64,000 nucleotides of DNA. Source: Planctomycetota bacterium (GTDB lineage: Bacteria; Planctomycetota; UBA1135; UBA2386). The notes beneath the pieces were generated by a model. It worked only from the letters and a program-made list of their open reading frames with translations. It was not told the origin of the DNA and did not search any database. Of this stretch, positions 9,610 to 19,383 are shown in pieces. The stretch is from assembly GCA_947501605.1 (NCBI GenBank), contig CANMWZ010000018.1, positions 26,870 to 90,869 on the forward strand. Direction: 5' to 3'. The number at the start of each line of letters is the position of its first letter. Within the stretch, counting starts at the first letter, position 1. The position numbers and the translations under genes were made by a program.

Positions 9610-11355
9610 TCAGATCCCGATCGTCCAACGAACGCCGTTGGAGACGCGGTAGCCAAACGCATTGGCCGTGAGGTCGTCGCTGATCGCTTGCGACATCAGT
9701 TGCACGCCGACGAAGGCGGGCGTGTTGGGGATCGCGATCAGGTAGGTCGTGGTTGGCGCGCCGAGCGTCAGGTTGAAGTACGAGAGCAGCTCCGGCAGCG
9801 CGATGTAGGCCGTGCAGCCAGTGAGGCCGAAGCCATCGAGCGGGAAGCCGCCGGGGAGTTCGTTGCTGATCAACAAGATGCTGAAGACACCGTTGGGCAG
9901 GCTCGCGATGTTGTTGGTATCCAGCGTGTAGTTGCTGCCGATGGTCGGAACCGAGCCGGTTGGGACCGACAGGGTCAGCGGGAACACCTGGGTGCCCGGT
10001 ACGGTGAGACCATTGACGGTTGACAGGTCGGCGGCGCCGGAGTTCTGCACGTTGCCGCCGCGCGAGTATCCCGCCAGGAAGAAGCCGGTGTTCAGCGACA
10101 CGTTCTGCCAGCGGATCGTGAACTGACCCGTCGGGCTGAGCGCGATCTGGACGTTGATGGGGGTCGCCGCGCCGTACTCCGGCACGTTGCGCCAGCTGAT
10201 AACGAATTCGCCAGTGCCGGCGTCGAGCGCGTGCTCAACCGTGCCGCCAGAGGTCGGATCGAGGTCTTCCCACCAAGCTGCAATGCGAGCCGGTCCGCTG
10301 ACGAGCACAGCAGGGTCTCCCGTGCAGCACCCGTCACCCGGATCCGTACCGCCGATGGTCAAGAAGCCGTTCGACGACACATAGATCGAGGTCTCGTTGG
10401 CGCCGTTGAACGGGAACGCGAACGGCAAGGGGACCAAGTGCGAACTGTCATCGAGTGCCAGCAGTGGGGTTCCAGCGCCAGCGAACCACACCGGCGAAAG
10501 GCCGGGCAGCGCGATGTAGTCGTTGCCCGACGGCAAGAAGCTGAGGTTGAGGCCGCTGAGGTCGGGGGCGTTGTTGGCGCTGAACTGCTCATAGAGCGTG
10601 GGCGAAGCCGCAGCCGGGCAGCCAGCGCCGACTACGGTCGAGGTGGCGACGTTCGACGTGCACGTGACGTCGGTGACGACGTAGCCAGGGTTGGTCGGCG
10701 TGAACAGCCACTTCGAGTTGGCGTAGGGCAGGAGCTGGCCGGGAGCACGCGTGATCACTTGGGCAAATGCGTTGGTCGCGATGTTCAGCGGGCGCGTGGC
10801 GAAGTTGACGGTCGGTGTCGCCACACCAGGACTCGCGCCGATGATCGCGGTGTTGGCCTGGAACGTCGACGTCGTGCCCAACGTGCCGTAGGCCACCGTG
10901 AAGGTGTTGTTGGCGAAGAGCGAGATCTGCATCGTGCCTGGCAACGTCGTGCCGTAGGTGTAGACGCGGATCCACGAAACGCGCGCGACGCCCGGCGTCG
11001 AGTTGTCGAAGTAGACCTGGCCGCTGCCCGCAATCGTGGGGTTGAAGTCGTTCCAGTAGGGGCAGATGCGCGCGCCGCCGGTCGCCATCTCAGCGAGCGT
11101 TGGCGAGTAGTCGCCGCCGTTCAGCGTCGACACGTTGGTGGAGCCGAGCACGAGGTAGCCGTTGGCGCACACCGAGATGCTGCTGTGGACAACACCGTTG
11201 TAGGTGAACGAGAACCCGAGGGGCAGCGGTGCCGTGACCTGGTCGTCACCGAGTGCGAGGCTGGGCCCGAAGTTGGTGTCGAAGCACGGACTCTGGGCCA
11301 ACAGAGATGCAGCAAAGCTGGCTGCGAGAGCGGACGAGAGAAGGCTGCGGAGCAT
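9610..11355 (-). CDS. Secreted protein, two nidogen(NIDO)-like domains plus conserved C-terminal domain (array paralog 1)
   Basis: AGGAG RBS, signal peptide MLRSLLSSALAASFAASLLAQ; repeated LGF/LPF-x-F-x-Y/F-NG...V-x-x-NG-Y/F motif. Confidence 0.8.
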   Translation of the reverse strand: MLRSLLSSALAASFAASLLAQSPCFDTNFGPSLALGDDQVTAPLPLGFSFTYNGVVHSSISVCANGYLVLGSTNVSTLNGGDYSPTLAEMATGGARICPYWNDFNPTIAGSGQVYFDNSTPGVARVSWIRVYTYGTTLPGTMQISLFANNTFTVAYGTLGTTSTFQANTAIIGASPGVATPTVNFATRPLNIATNAFAQVITRAPGQLLPYANSKWLFTPTNPGYVVTDVTCTSNVATSTVVGAGCPAAASPTLYEQFSANNAPDLSGLNLSFLPSGNDYIALPGLSPVWFAGAGTPLLALDDSSHLVPLPFAFPFNGANETSIYVSSNGFLTIGGTDPGDGCCTGDPAVLVSGPARIAAWWEDLDPTSGGTVEHALDAGTGEFVISWRNVPEYGAATPINVQIALSPTGQFTIRWQNVSLNTGFFLAGYSRGGNVQNSGAADLSTVNGLTVPGTQVFPLTLSVPTGSVPTIGSNYTLDTNNIASLPNGVFSILLISNELPGGFPLDGFGLTGCTAYIALPELLSYFNLTLGAPTTTYLIAIPNTPAFVGVQLMSQAISDDLTANAFGYRVSNGVRWTIGI

Positions 11356-11490
11356 GGGACTCCTGAGAGGGGTGTATGGCCAGTGGGGGACAATGGGAGC
11401 TGGCCGGGGTGGATTGCGACGAACGCTGTCCCCTTGGGGTTCCATCTTGCCATACCCGCGATCCCGTGCCTGTGGGGTTGCAGCACAAAT

Positions 11491-11531
11491 GACGACGCCC
11501 GGCCGACCGCGAGGGTCGTCCGGGCGTCGTC
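11491..11531 (-). terminator. Intrinsic terminator of paralog 2
   Basis: GACGACGCCCGG...CCGGGCGTCGTC stem followed by ATTTGT on the minus strand. Confidence 0.6.
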
Positions 11532-11549
11532 GTTCGGGCGCGAGCTAGA

Positions 11550-13310
11550 TCACAGACCGAGGATCCAGCGGACGCCGTTCGACACGCGGTAGCCGAAGGC
11601 ATTTGCGGTCAGGTCATCGCTGATCGCCTGCGACATGAGCGTCACGCCGGCGAAGGCGGGGACGTTTGGGATCGGGATCGAGAACGTCGTGGTTGGCGCG
11701 CCAAGCGTCAGGTTGAAGTACGACAGCAGCTCTGGCAGCGCGATGTAGGCCGTGCAGCCAGTGAGGCCGAAGCCATCGAGCGGGAAGCCGCCGGGGAACT
11801 CGGTGCTGATCAACAGGATGCAGAAGATGCCGTTCGGCAGGCTCTGGATGTTGGTCGCATCGAGCGTCATGGTCTGGCCGAGCTGCGGCAGGCCCGTCGG
11901 GGTCAGTTCGAGCGGAACCGAGATCAGGCCGCTGACCAGCTGGCCGCTGACCGCCGAAATGTCGGTGACACCCGGATCCCCCGTGTTGCTGCCGGCGGAG
12001 TAGCCGGAGATCCACGTGTGACCTTGGTCGCTCACCGACTGCCAACGGATGGTGAACAGGCCGCTCGGGTTCAGCGCGATCTGGAAGGTCTCTAGCGGGC
12101 CTGCAAAGAACTCGGGGACCTGATTCCAGGTGATGACGTACTCTCCAGTCGCGACGTCGAAATCGGCGAAGACGCCGCCGCCGGGGCCGGCGCCCGGAGG
12201 ATAGATGTCCGCCCAGAAGCCCGAAATGCGCGGTGGCCCGGAGAGCATCGTCAAGACGTCGCCTGAGCAGCAGCCGCTGAACGGATCCGTAGCACCCAGC
12301 GTGAGGAAGCCGTTCGACGAGACGTAGATCTGGGTCTCGACCCCGCCGTTGTATGGGAACGGGAACGGCAACGTGATCTGGATCGTCTCGTCGTCGTTCA
12401 TCAGGAGGTTGTTGGTGAACCCGGCGTACCACGTCGGGGCCACGTTCGGCAGGGCTAGGTAGTCGATAGCCCCCGAGGGCACGAAGCTCAGGTTGAGGCC
12501 GCTCAGGTCCGGCTGGTTGCCGAAGGTGTCGAAGATCTCGTAGAGCGACGGGCCGCTGCGACCAGGGCAGCCGCTACCGACGACCTCCGTCGAAGCGGGG
12601 CCGGGGAACGAGTTCGGCGTGCAGGTGAGGTCCGAGACTACGTAGCCTGGGGACGTCGGCGACCACAGCATCTTGAAGCCGAAGGGGATCGGCAGGCCGG
12701 GCGTTGTGCCGACGAAATCGCTGAACGAGTTCGAGGCGGTGACGACGGGCCGGGTCGCCAGCGAGATGGGATTCGAGACCGCGCCGAAGCCCGGGCTCGC
12801 GCCGATCAGGTAGTCCGTGCTGAACGCACCGATCTCGAGGGTCGGGCCGTAGGCGATGGTGACGCTGTTGCTGGCGTCGAGTGTGAGCTGGAAGCTGTTC
12901 GGCGTCGTGGTTGCGAATGCGAACACGCCAGCCCAAGAGATTCGGGCGACACCGGGCGTCGAGTTGTCGAAGTAGACGTGGCCGCTGCCGGTGGCACCTG
13001 GATTGAGGTCGGTCCAAAAGGCGCAGATGCGTGGATCACCGGCCAGCAGCTCCGCTTCGGTCGGGGTGTAATCGCCGCCGAACTGAGGGTTGACGCTGCC
13101 GAGCCAGATGTACCCATTCGAGCACACCTGAATGTCCGTGTAGGTGACGCCGTTGTAGGTGAAGTTGAAGCCGAGCGGCAACGGTGCCGACGTGTCGTCG
13201 TCGAAGAGATTCAGGTCGGTGCCGATCGTGAGATCGAAGCACGGGCCCTGCGCAGGGAGCGTCGCGAAGAGAGTCGTCGCGATCGCGGCAGTCAGAATGC
13301 TGCGAAGCAT
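11550..13310 (-). CDS. Secreted double NIDO-like protein (array paralog 2)
   Basis: AAGGA RBS, MLRSILTAAIATTLFATLPAQ; same architecture as paralog 1. Confidence 0.8.
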   Translation of the reverse strand: MLRSILTAAIATTLFATLPAQGPCFDLTIGTDLNLFDDDTSAPLPLGFNFTYNGVTYTDIQVCSNGYIWLGSVNPQFGGDYTPTEAELLAGDPRICAFWTDLNPGATGSGHVYFDNSTPGVARISWAGVFAFATTTPNSFQLTLDASNSVTIAYGPTLEIGAFSTDYLIGASPGFGAVSNPISLATRPVVTASNSFSDFVGTTPGLPIPFGFKMLWSPTSPGYVVSDLTCTPNSFPGPASTEVVGSGCPGRSGPSLYEIFDTFGNQPDLSGLNLSFVPSGAIDYLALPNVAPTWYAGFTNNLLMNDDETIQITLPFPFPYNGGVETQIYVSSNGFLTLGATDPFSGCCSGDVLTMLSGPPRISGFWADIYPPGAGPGGGVFADFDVATGEYVITWNQVPEFFAGPLETFQIALNPSGLFTIRWQSVSDQGHTWISGYSAGSNTGDPGVTDISAVSGQLVSGLISVPLELTPTGLPQLGQTMTLDATNIQSLPNGIFCILLISTEFPGGFPLDGFGLTGCTAYIALPELLSYFNLTLGAPTTTFSIPIPNVPAFAGVTLMSQAISDDLTANAFGYRVSNGVRWILGL

Positions 13311-13435
13311 GGGTTCCTTGAAAGATGGGGGGCGTTCACCTCTGCGACGTCGGGAGCCGTGCGCAGGTGCAGTCGATCCTAGAGATAATGGCACACTTAG
13401 CGATGAGGCCACCGGCGGCAGTGTGTCGCCAAAAT

Positions 13436-13479
13436 GCAAAACGCCCGGGGCACCGGCGAGCGGGCCACGGGCGTTTTGC
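13436..13479 (-). terminator. Intrinsic terminator of paralog 3
   Basis: GCAAAACGCCCG...CGGGCGTTTTGC stem followed by ATTTT on the minus strand. Confidence 0.65.
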
Positions 13480-13526
13480 GGACGGGCGCGCGAGCCGCGT
13501 CCGTCACCGTCCTCAGAGCGCTTGGC

Positions 13527-15293
13527 TCAGAGGCCGAAGTTCCAGCGGAGACCGTTCGACACGCGGTAGCCGAAGGCGTTCGCGGTGAGGTCGTCGCTGA
13601 CGGCCTGCGACATCAGGCTGACGCCGTAGAAGGCGTTGTCGTTCGGGATGCTGATCGGCCACGACGTGGTCGCTGCGCCCAGCGTCAAGTTGAAGAACGA
13701 CGCGATCTCTGGCAGCGCGACGTAGGCCGTGCAACCTGTGAGGCCGAAGCCGTCGAGCGGGAAGCCGCCCGGGACTTCGGTGCTGATCAGCAGGATGCAG
13801 AACACGCCGTTCGGCAGGGTCTGGACGCCGGTCGCATTGACCGTGAACGTGCCGCCGACTTGCGGGCGCGAGTTCAGGGCCGCCGCGATCGACAGCGGCG
13901 TGACCGTCGCCGGGATGTTGTTCGAGTAGTAGCCCAACGGCTGCGTCAGCACCAAGTAGTCGAGGCCGGTGTTGAACATCACGACTTCGAGGCCAGTCAT
14001 GTCGATCGGCGACGCGTTGTTCGCGAACGTCTGGTACATCGTCGTGGCGTTGACGCCGGCGACGCCCGAGATGTCCGTGACACCCGGATCCGCAGCGCCG
14101 CCACCGACCGAGAAGCCGGTGAGCGCCACGCGCGTGGCGCTGACGATGCCGACGTTCAGGAAGCGCATCGTGACGGTGCCCGTCGGCGACAGCGCGATCT
14201 GGAAGTTGTTCGCCGGCTGCGGGGTGGCGCCGAACTCACCAGCGGAGACCCAGTTGATCACGTACTCGCCCGTGATCGCATCGACGTAGGCGTTGACTTC
14301 GCCGTTGCCGGTCGCCGACAGGTTGAGGTCCTGCCAGAAGGCCGCGAGGCGCGTCGGGCCCGTAAGCAGCGTGGCGGGGCTACCGGCGCAGCAGCCAGAG
14401 CCTGGGTTGGTCGTGCCGAGGGTCAGGAAGCCGTTCGACGAGACGACGATGTTGTTGAACGTGCCCGTCGGTGCCGGGAACGCGAACGGCAGGGTGAGTG
14501 CATGCGTGGTGTCGTCACCGGCGTTGAGGGCCGGGCTCACAAGGGCTGGGCAACCGACGCCGACGACTGCCGAGCTGGCCGGGGGCGGCAGCTGGTTCGG
14601 CGTGCAGGTGACATCCGAGATCACGAAGCCGGGGTTGGTCGGGGTCCACAGCATCTTGAAGTTGCCGTAGGGGATCGGGACGCCGTTCACTGCCGGAATC
14701 GCTTCCGAGAACGTGTTCGACGTCGAGATGATCGGGCGCGTGGCGAACGAGACCGGGTTGGCCACCGAGGCAGCACCGGGGCTGGCGCCGATGAGGACGG
14801 TCGTGTTCAGCGTGCCGGGAACGGCCGCGGCGCCGTAGGTGACCGTGACGCTGTTGCTGGCATCGAAGCTGACCTGGAAGTTGATGCCAGTCGTCGTGCC
14901 GAAGGCGAACACACCGGCCCAAGTGACCGTGGCGACGCCCGGCGTCGAGTTGTCGAACCAGACTTTGCCGCTGCCGACCGCGCCCGGGTTGAAGTCGCTC
15001 CAGAGCGGGCAGATGCGCGGCGCACCGGCGAGCAGTTCGGCCTCGGTCGGCGAGAAGTCACCGCCGGCGATGCCGGTCGTGCCGAGCCAGATGTAGCCGT
15101 TCGAGCACACGCTTACCTGCGTGTAGGCGACACCGTTGTAGGTGAACGTGAAGCCGAGGTTCTGGGCCGCCGACGTGGAGTCGTCGATCAGCGCGAGATC
15201 GGTGCCGAGAGGGAGGCTGAAGCACGGGGCCTGGGCGCCGAGTGAGGCGGCGAGGGCCGTTGCAACGGCGGTCGTGAACAAACTACGAATCAT
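13527..15293 (-). CDS. Secreted double NIDO-like protein (array paralog 3, internally rearranged)
   Basis: GAGGA RBS, MIRSLFTTAVATALAASLGAQ; same domains with one subsegment relocated. Confidence 0.8.
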   Translation of the reverse strand: MIRSLFTTAVATALAASLGAQAPCFSLPLGTDLALIDDSTSAAQNLGFTFTYNGVAYTQVSVCSNGYIWLGTTGIAGGDFSPTEAELLAGAPRICPLWSDFNPGAVGSGKVWFDNSTPGVATVTWAGVFAFGTTTGINFQVSFDASNSVTVTYGAAAVPGTLNTTVLIGASPGAASVANPVSFATRPIISTSNTFSEAIPAVNGVPIPYGNFKMLWTPTNPGFVISDVTCTPNQLPPPASSAVVGVGCPALVSPALNAGDDTTHALTLPFAFPAPTGTFNNIVVSSNGFLTLGTTNPGSGCCAGSPATLLTGPTRLAAFWQDLNLSATGNGEVNAYVDAITGEYVINWVSAGEFGATPQPANNFQIALSPTGTVTMRFLNVGIVSATRVALTGFSVGGGAADPGVTDISGVAGVNATTMYQTFANNASPIDMTGLEVVMFNTGLDYLVLTQPLGYYSNNIPATVTPLSIAAALNSRPQVGGTFTVNATGVQTLPNGVFCILLISTEVPGGFPLDGFGLTGCTAYVALPEIASFFNLTLGAATTSWPISIPNDNAFYGVSLMSQAVSDDLTANAFGYRVSNGLRWNFGL

Positions 15294-15436
15294 GGTTTCC
15301 TCGATGTACAGGGGGCTGCATTGGCCGGAAACGGTGCATAGGGCTCCGGTTCTGGGGGCTTTGCTTGGATGAAGCCTACGCGCGAGAGGTTCCCTCACAA
15401 TGGCCCGATGTAACTGCGGAGTCTCCCCGAAATGCG

Positions 15437-15475
15437 GAACGCCGGTAGTGCTGGCGACCAGCACTACCGGCGTTC
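15437..15475 (-). terminator. Perfect 18-bp hairpin downstream of paralog 4
   Basis: GAACGCCGGTAGTGCTGG-CGA-CCAGCACTACCGGCGTTC. Confidence 0.7.
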
Positions 15476-15513
15476 AGGACGCAGGGCGCAGCAGGCGCGC
15501 CCGATCTGGCCGA

Positions 15514-17268
15514 TCAGAGGCCGCCGATGTTCCAGCGGAGGCCGTTCGACACGCGGTAGCCAAAGGCGTTGGCCGTCAGGTCGTCACTGATCGCCTGGGT
15601 CATGAGCGACAGGCCCAGGAACGCATTGTCGTTCGGGATGCCGATCGTGAAGGTCGTGCTCGGGGCGCCGATCGTCAGGTTGAAGAACGACGCGATCTCT
15701 GGCAGCGCGACGTAGGCCGTGCAGCCCGTGAGACCAAAGCCGTCGAGCGGGACGCCGCCCGGGATCTCGGTGCTGATCAGGAGGATGCAGAACACGCCGT
15801 TCGGCAGGCTCTGGATACCGCTGGCGGTGGAGCTGAAGGACAGACCGATGGTCGGGCGGGTGCCCGAGGCAAAGCCGAGCGACAGCGGAATGGTGCGGCA
15901 ACCGAGGTTGACGCCATTGAGTGCCGACACGTCACTGCTGCCGGGGTTCGTCGCACCGCCACCGCTGCTGTAGCCAGTGAGTTGGGTGCCGCCGGCGAAT
16001 GCCAAGGCGACCCAGCGGATCGTGAACTGGCCCGACGGGCTCAGGGCGATCTGGAAGGTCTCGGTGTTGGTTTGGCCGAACTCGCGGACCGCGTTCCATG
16101 TGATGCAGAACTCACCCGTCACGGTGTCGAGGTCGGCAAAGACCGCACCGCCAGCGGCGGGGTTCAGGTCTTCCCACATGCCAGCGATGCGCGGCGAGCC
16201 GGCGAGCAGCGCCACGGGGTCACCCGCGCAGCAGCCCGAGCCCGGATCCGTGCCATCCAGCGTGATGAAGCCGTTCGACGAGACCCAGACGTTACTGACC
16301 GTGCCGCCGCCGTGCGGGAAGGCGAAGGGCAGCGCGACATTGCTCGTGCTGTCGTCGGTGAGCAACAGGTTGTTGGCGGCGCCAGTGAAGAACGTCGGCG
16401 AGATGCCGGGGACCACGAAGTAGCCGCCGCAGCCGTTCGGGACGAACGACTTGTCGAGGCCGGCGAGGTCGATCGAGGCCGGGACCGTGAACGTCTCGTA
16501 GACCGAGACGCTGGTCGCGGTCGGGCAACCGGTGCCGACGACCGCTGCGCTACCAGGAAGCGGCAGCGGGATCGCCGTGCACGCGACGTCGGTGATCACG
16601 AAGCCCGGGGACGTCGGGGTCCACTGCATCTTCGTGTTGGCGTACGGCGCCACGGTGCCCGTGGGATTGAGGATGACCTGATAGGTCGTGTCCGAAGCGC
16701 TGATGATCGGACGCGGCGTCAGCACGATGTTGTTGGCAACCGCGCCGCCACCCGTCGTGGCACCGATGATCGTCGTGCCGCCCTGGGCCGTCGACGACGG
16801 GCCGAGCTGACCGATCGTGACCGTCACGCTATTGGTGAGGTCCAACGTGATCTGCATGTCGGTCTTGATCGTCGTGCCGAACGTGTAGACGCCGGCCCAC
16901 GTGACGCGGGCGAAACCCGGGGTCGAGTTGTCGAAGTAGACGTGGCCGCTACCGACGATAGTGGGGTTGAAGTCCATCCACGCGCCGCAGATGCGCGGGC
17001 CCTGCGCCAGCAGTTCGGCTTCGGTCGGGTTCCAATCGGCAACGGCATTGGCCGCGCCAAGCCACACGTAGCCGTTCGAGCAGACGCGGACTTGCGTGTA
17101 GGCAACGCCGCCGTAGGTGAACGTGAAGCCGAGATTCAGAGCTGAAGACGTGGTGTCGTCACCCAGGTTGAGATCGGTGCCGGCCGGCAAGTCGAAGCAC
17201 GGGGCCTGGGACGTGAGACCAGCAGCAAAGGTTGCTGCAACAAACGTAGTGAGCAAGGTACGGAGCAT
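15514..17268 (-). CDS. Secreted double NIDO-like protein (array paralog 4)
   Basis: GAGGA RBS, MLRTLLTTFVAATFAAGLTSQ; same architecture. Confidence 0.8.
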   Translation of the reverse strand: MLRTLLTTFVAATFAAGLTSQAPCFDLPAGTDLNLGDDTTSSALNLGFTFTYGGVAYTQVRVCSNGYVWLGAANAVADWNPTEAELLAQGPRICGAWMDFNPTIVGSGHVYFDNSTPGFARVTWAGVYTFGTTIKTDMQITLDLTNSVTVTIGQLGPSSTAQGGTTIIGATTGGGAVANNIVLTPRPIISASDTTYQVILNPTGTVAPYANTKMQWTPTSPGFVITDVACTAIPLPLPGSAAVVGTGCPTATSVSVYETFTVPASIDLAGLDKSFVPNGCGGYFVVPGISPTFFTGAANNLLLTDDSTSNVALPFAFPHGGGTVSNVWVSSNGFITLDGTDPGSGCCAGDPVALLAGSPRIAGMWEDLNPAAGGAVFADLDTVTGEFCITWNAVREFGQTNTETFQIALSPSGQFTIRWVALAFAGGTQLTGYSSGGGATNPGSSDVSALNGVNLGCRTIPLSLGFASGTRPTIGLSFSSTASGIQSLPNGVFCILLISTEIPGGVPLDGFGLTGCTAYVALPEIASFFNLTIGAPSTTFTIGIPNDNAFLGLSLMTQAISDDLTANAFGYRVSNGLRWNIGGL

Positions 17269-17488
17269 GGGTTCCTCGATGTACGGGGGGTAGGCACGCG
17301 AGGCGCGCACTCCGCCATGAGCCGGAGTGCGGGACTGCGAGCGCCGGAGGATACCAGCGGATCGCTGTCTCGCTAGTGGGGCCTCCCCATCCCCAGCCGA
17401 GGCAGAGGTTGCCCGCGAGGGACGCGGACTTGCGGCGCTACGGACCTGCTGCGAACTTCGTAGGGCTCAGATGCGCCGTAGCGAACCG

Positions 17489-19243
17489 TCAGAGGCCGAG
17501 GTTCCAGCGCAGGCCGTTGGAGACGCGGAAACCAAAAGCGTTGGCGCCGAGATCGTCACTCACCGCCTGTGACACCAGGGACACGCCGGCGAAGGCTGGG
17601 TTGGACGGGATCGCAATCGAGTAGGCAGTCGTTGGCGCGCCAAGCGTCAGGTTGAAGTAGGACAGCAACTCCGGGAGGGCGACGTAGGCGGTGCAGCCGG
17701 TGAGGCCGAGCCCGTCGAGCGGGACACCGACCGGAACCTCGAGGCTGATCAAGAGGATGCAGAAGACGCCGTCTGGCAGCGGCTGGATGCCGCCAGCGTT
17801 GACGGTGAAGGTCGTGCCGATCGAGGGGCGCGAGTTGGCGGCAGCCGCGATCGTCAGCGGCGCCCGGACCGTGGCACTGATGGTGCGGCCATTGACGGCA
17901 GTCAGGTCCGTCGAGCCGGTGTCGGGAGTGCCGGTGCCGCGCGAGTAGCCAGCGAGGTAGCTGCCGCTCGTGCGCGCCACGTTTTGCCAGCGCGTTGTCA
18001 TCATGCCGCTTGGGCTGAACGCGATTTGGAAGGTGTTGGGGCTGCTCGTGCCGTACTCGACCACCGCGTTCCAGGTGACCACAAAGTCACCGGACGTGGC
18101 GTCGAAGTCGGCGTAGACCGCGCCGCCGGCGGCGGGGTTCAGGTCTTCCCACCAGCCGCACAAGCGTGGCGAGCCCGCGAGCATCGTGGCGACGTTCGGC
18201 GTGCAGCAGCCACTGCCGGGACTGGCGCCGCCAATCGTCAAGAAGCCGTTCGATGACACGTAAATCGTCGACTCGCTGGAGCCGTTGAACGGCAGCGGGA
18301 AGGGCAGCGTGATCGGCACGGCCGCGTCGTCACCAAGGAACAGGTTGTTGCTGAAGCCCGCGAACCACGTCGGTGAGATGTTGGGGATCGCGATGTAGTC
18401 CGTGGCGCCGGCCGGCAGCAAGCTGAGGTTGAAGCCATTCAGGTCCGCGGCGTTCGTTGGCGTGAACAGCTCGTAGAGCGAAGGGCCGCTGCGGCCAGGG
18501 CAGCCGTCACCGAGGATCTGCGAGCTCGCCGGCACCGGCAACGAGTTCTGTGTGCAACTGACATCAGTGATGACGAAGCCCGGGCTGGTCGGCGTCCACA
18601 ACAGCTTGACGTTGCCGTAGGGGATCGGAACGCCGCTCACCACCGCGAGGGCTTCATGGAACGTGTCCGAGGTCGAGATCATCGGTCGCGTGGCCAGCGA
18701 GACCGGGTTCGAGAGCGCGGCGGCACCAGGACTGGCGCCGATGACGATCGTCGTGTTCAGCGTGCCGGGGACGGCCGGGGCGCCATACGCGATCTGGATA
18801 CTGTTGGTCTGATCGAACGTGACCTGGAAGCTCGCTGGCGTTGTGGAGCCGAACGGATAGACCCCAGCCCACGTCACGCGGGCGCTGCCTGGCGTGGCGT
18901 TGTCGAAGTAAATGTGGCCGCTGCCGGGCGCACTGGGATCAAAGTCGCTCCACATCGGGCAGATGCGCGGCGCGCCGGCGAGCAGCTCGGCGGCAGTCGG
19001 CGAGAAGTCACCGCCGGCGATGCCGGTCGTGCCGAGCCAGATGTAGCCGTTCGAGCAGACACTGATCTGCGTGTAGACGACGCCGTTGTAGGTGAACGGG
19101 AAGCCGAGACTCAGAGCGGGCGACGTCATGTCGTCGGTCAGAGCGAGGTCGGTGCCGAGCGCGAGATCGAAGCACGGGCTCTGGGCTGCGAGCGCGGCGG
19201 CGACGCCCATGGCGAGCACAGAAGCGGCGATTTGACGGATCAT
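17489..19243 (-). CDS. Secreted double NIDO-like protein (array paralog 5)
   Basis: MIRQIAASVLAMGVAAALAAQSPCFD start at 19243 (3' part of the 1198-aa ORF); same architecture. Confidence 0.8.
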   Translation of the reverse strand: MIRQIAASVLAMGVAAALAAQSPCFDLALGTDLALTDDMTSPALSLGFPFTYNGVVYTQISVCSNGYIWLGTTGIAGGDFSPTAAELLAGAPRICPMWSDFDPSAPGSGHIYFDNATPGSARVTWAGVYPFGSTTPASFQVTFDQTNSIQIAYGAPAVPGTLNTTIVIGASPGAAALSNPVSLATRPMISTSDTFHEALAVVSGVPIPYGNVKLLWTPTSPGFVITDVSCTQNSLPVPASSQILGDGCPGRSGPSLYELFTPTNAADLNGFNLSLLPAGATDYIAIPNISPTWFAGFSNNLFLGDDAAVPITLPFPLPFNGSSESTIYVSSNGFLTIGGASPGSGCCTPNVATMLAGSPRLCGWWEDLNPAAGGAVYADFDATSGDFVVTWNAVVEYGTSSPNTFQIAFSPSGMMTTRWQNVARTSGSYLAGYSRGTGTPDTGSTDLTAVNGRTISATVRAPLTIAAAANSRPSIGTTFTVNAGGIQPLPDGVFCILLISLEVPVGVPLDGLGLTGCTAYVALPELLSYFNLTLGAPTTAYSIAIPSNPAFAGVSLVSQAVSDDLGANAFGFRVSNGLRWNLGL

Positions 19244-19383
19244 TGGATAGGTGGGTTCGTGGTCACGCCTGCCCGCTGCCGGATGCAGGTCGGAAATGGC
19301 GACGAAGCGACTCGCCAATGGAAGGCTACTCTGGGGCGCACCGGCGGGCGGGCGCGGGCTCCGCGCCGGTTCCTTCGTGGGAC

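Noticed and set aside
9610..19243. Diversity-generating retroelement explanation for the near-identical 3' segments
   Set aside because: No reverse transcriptase or non-coding template repeat in the window, and differences are not adenine-specific
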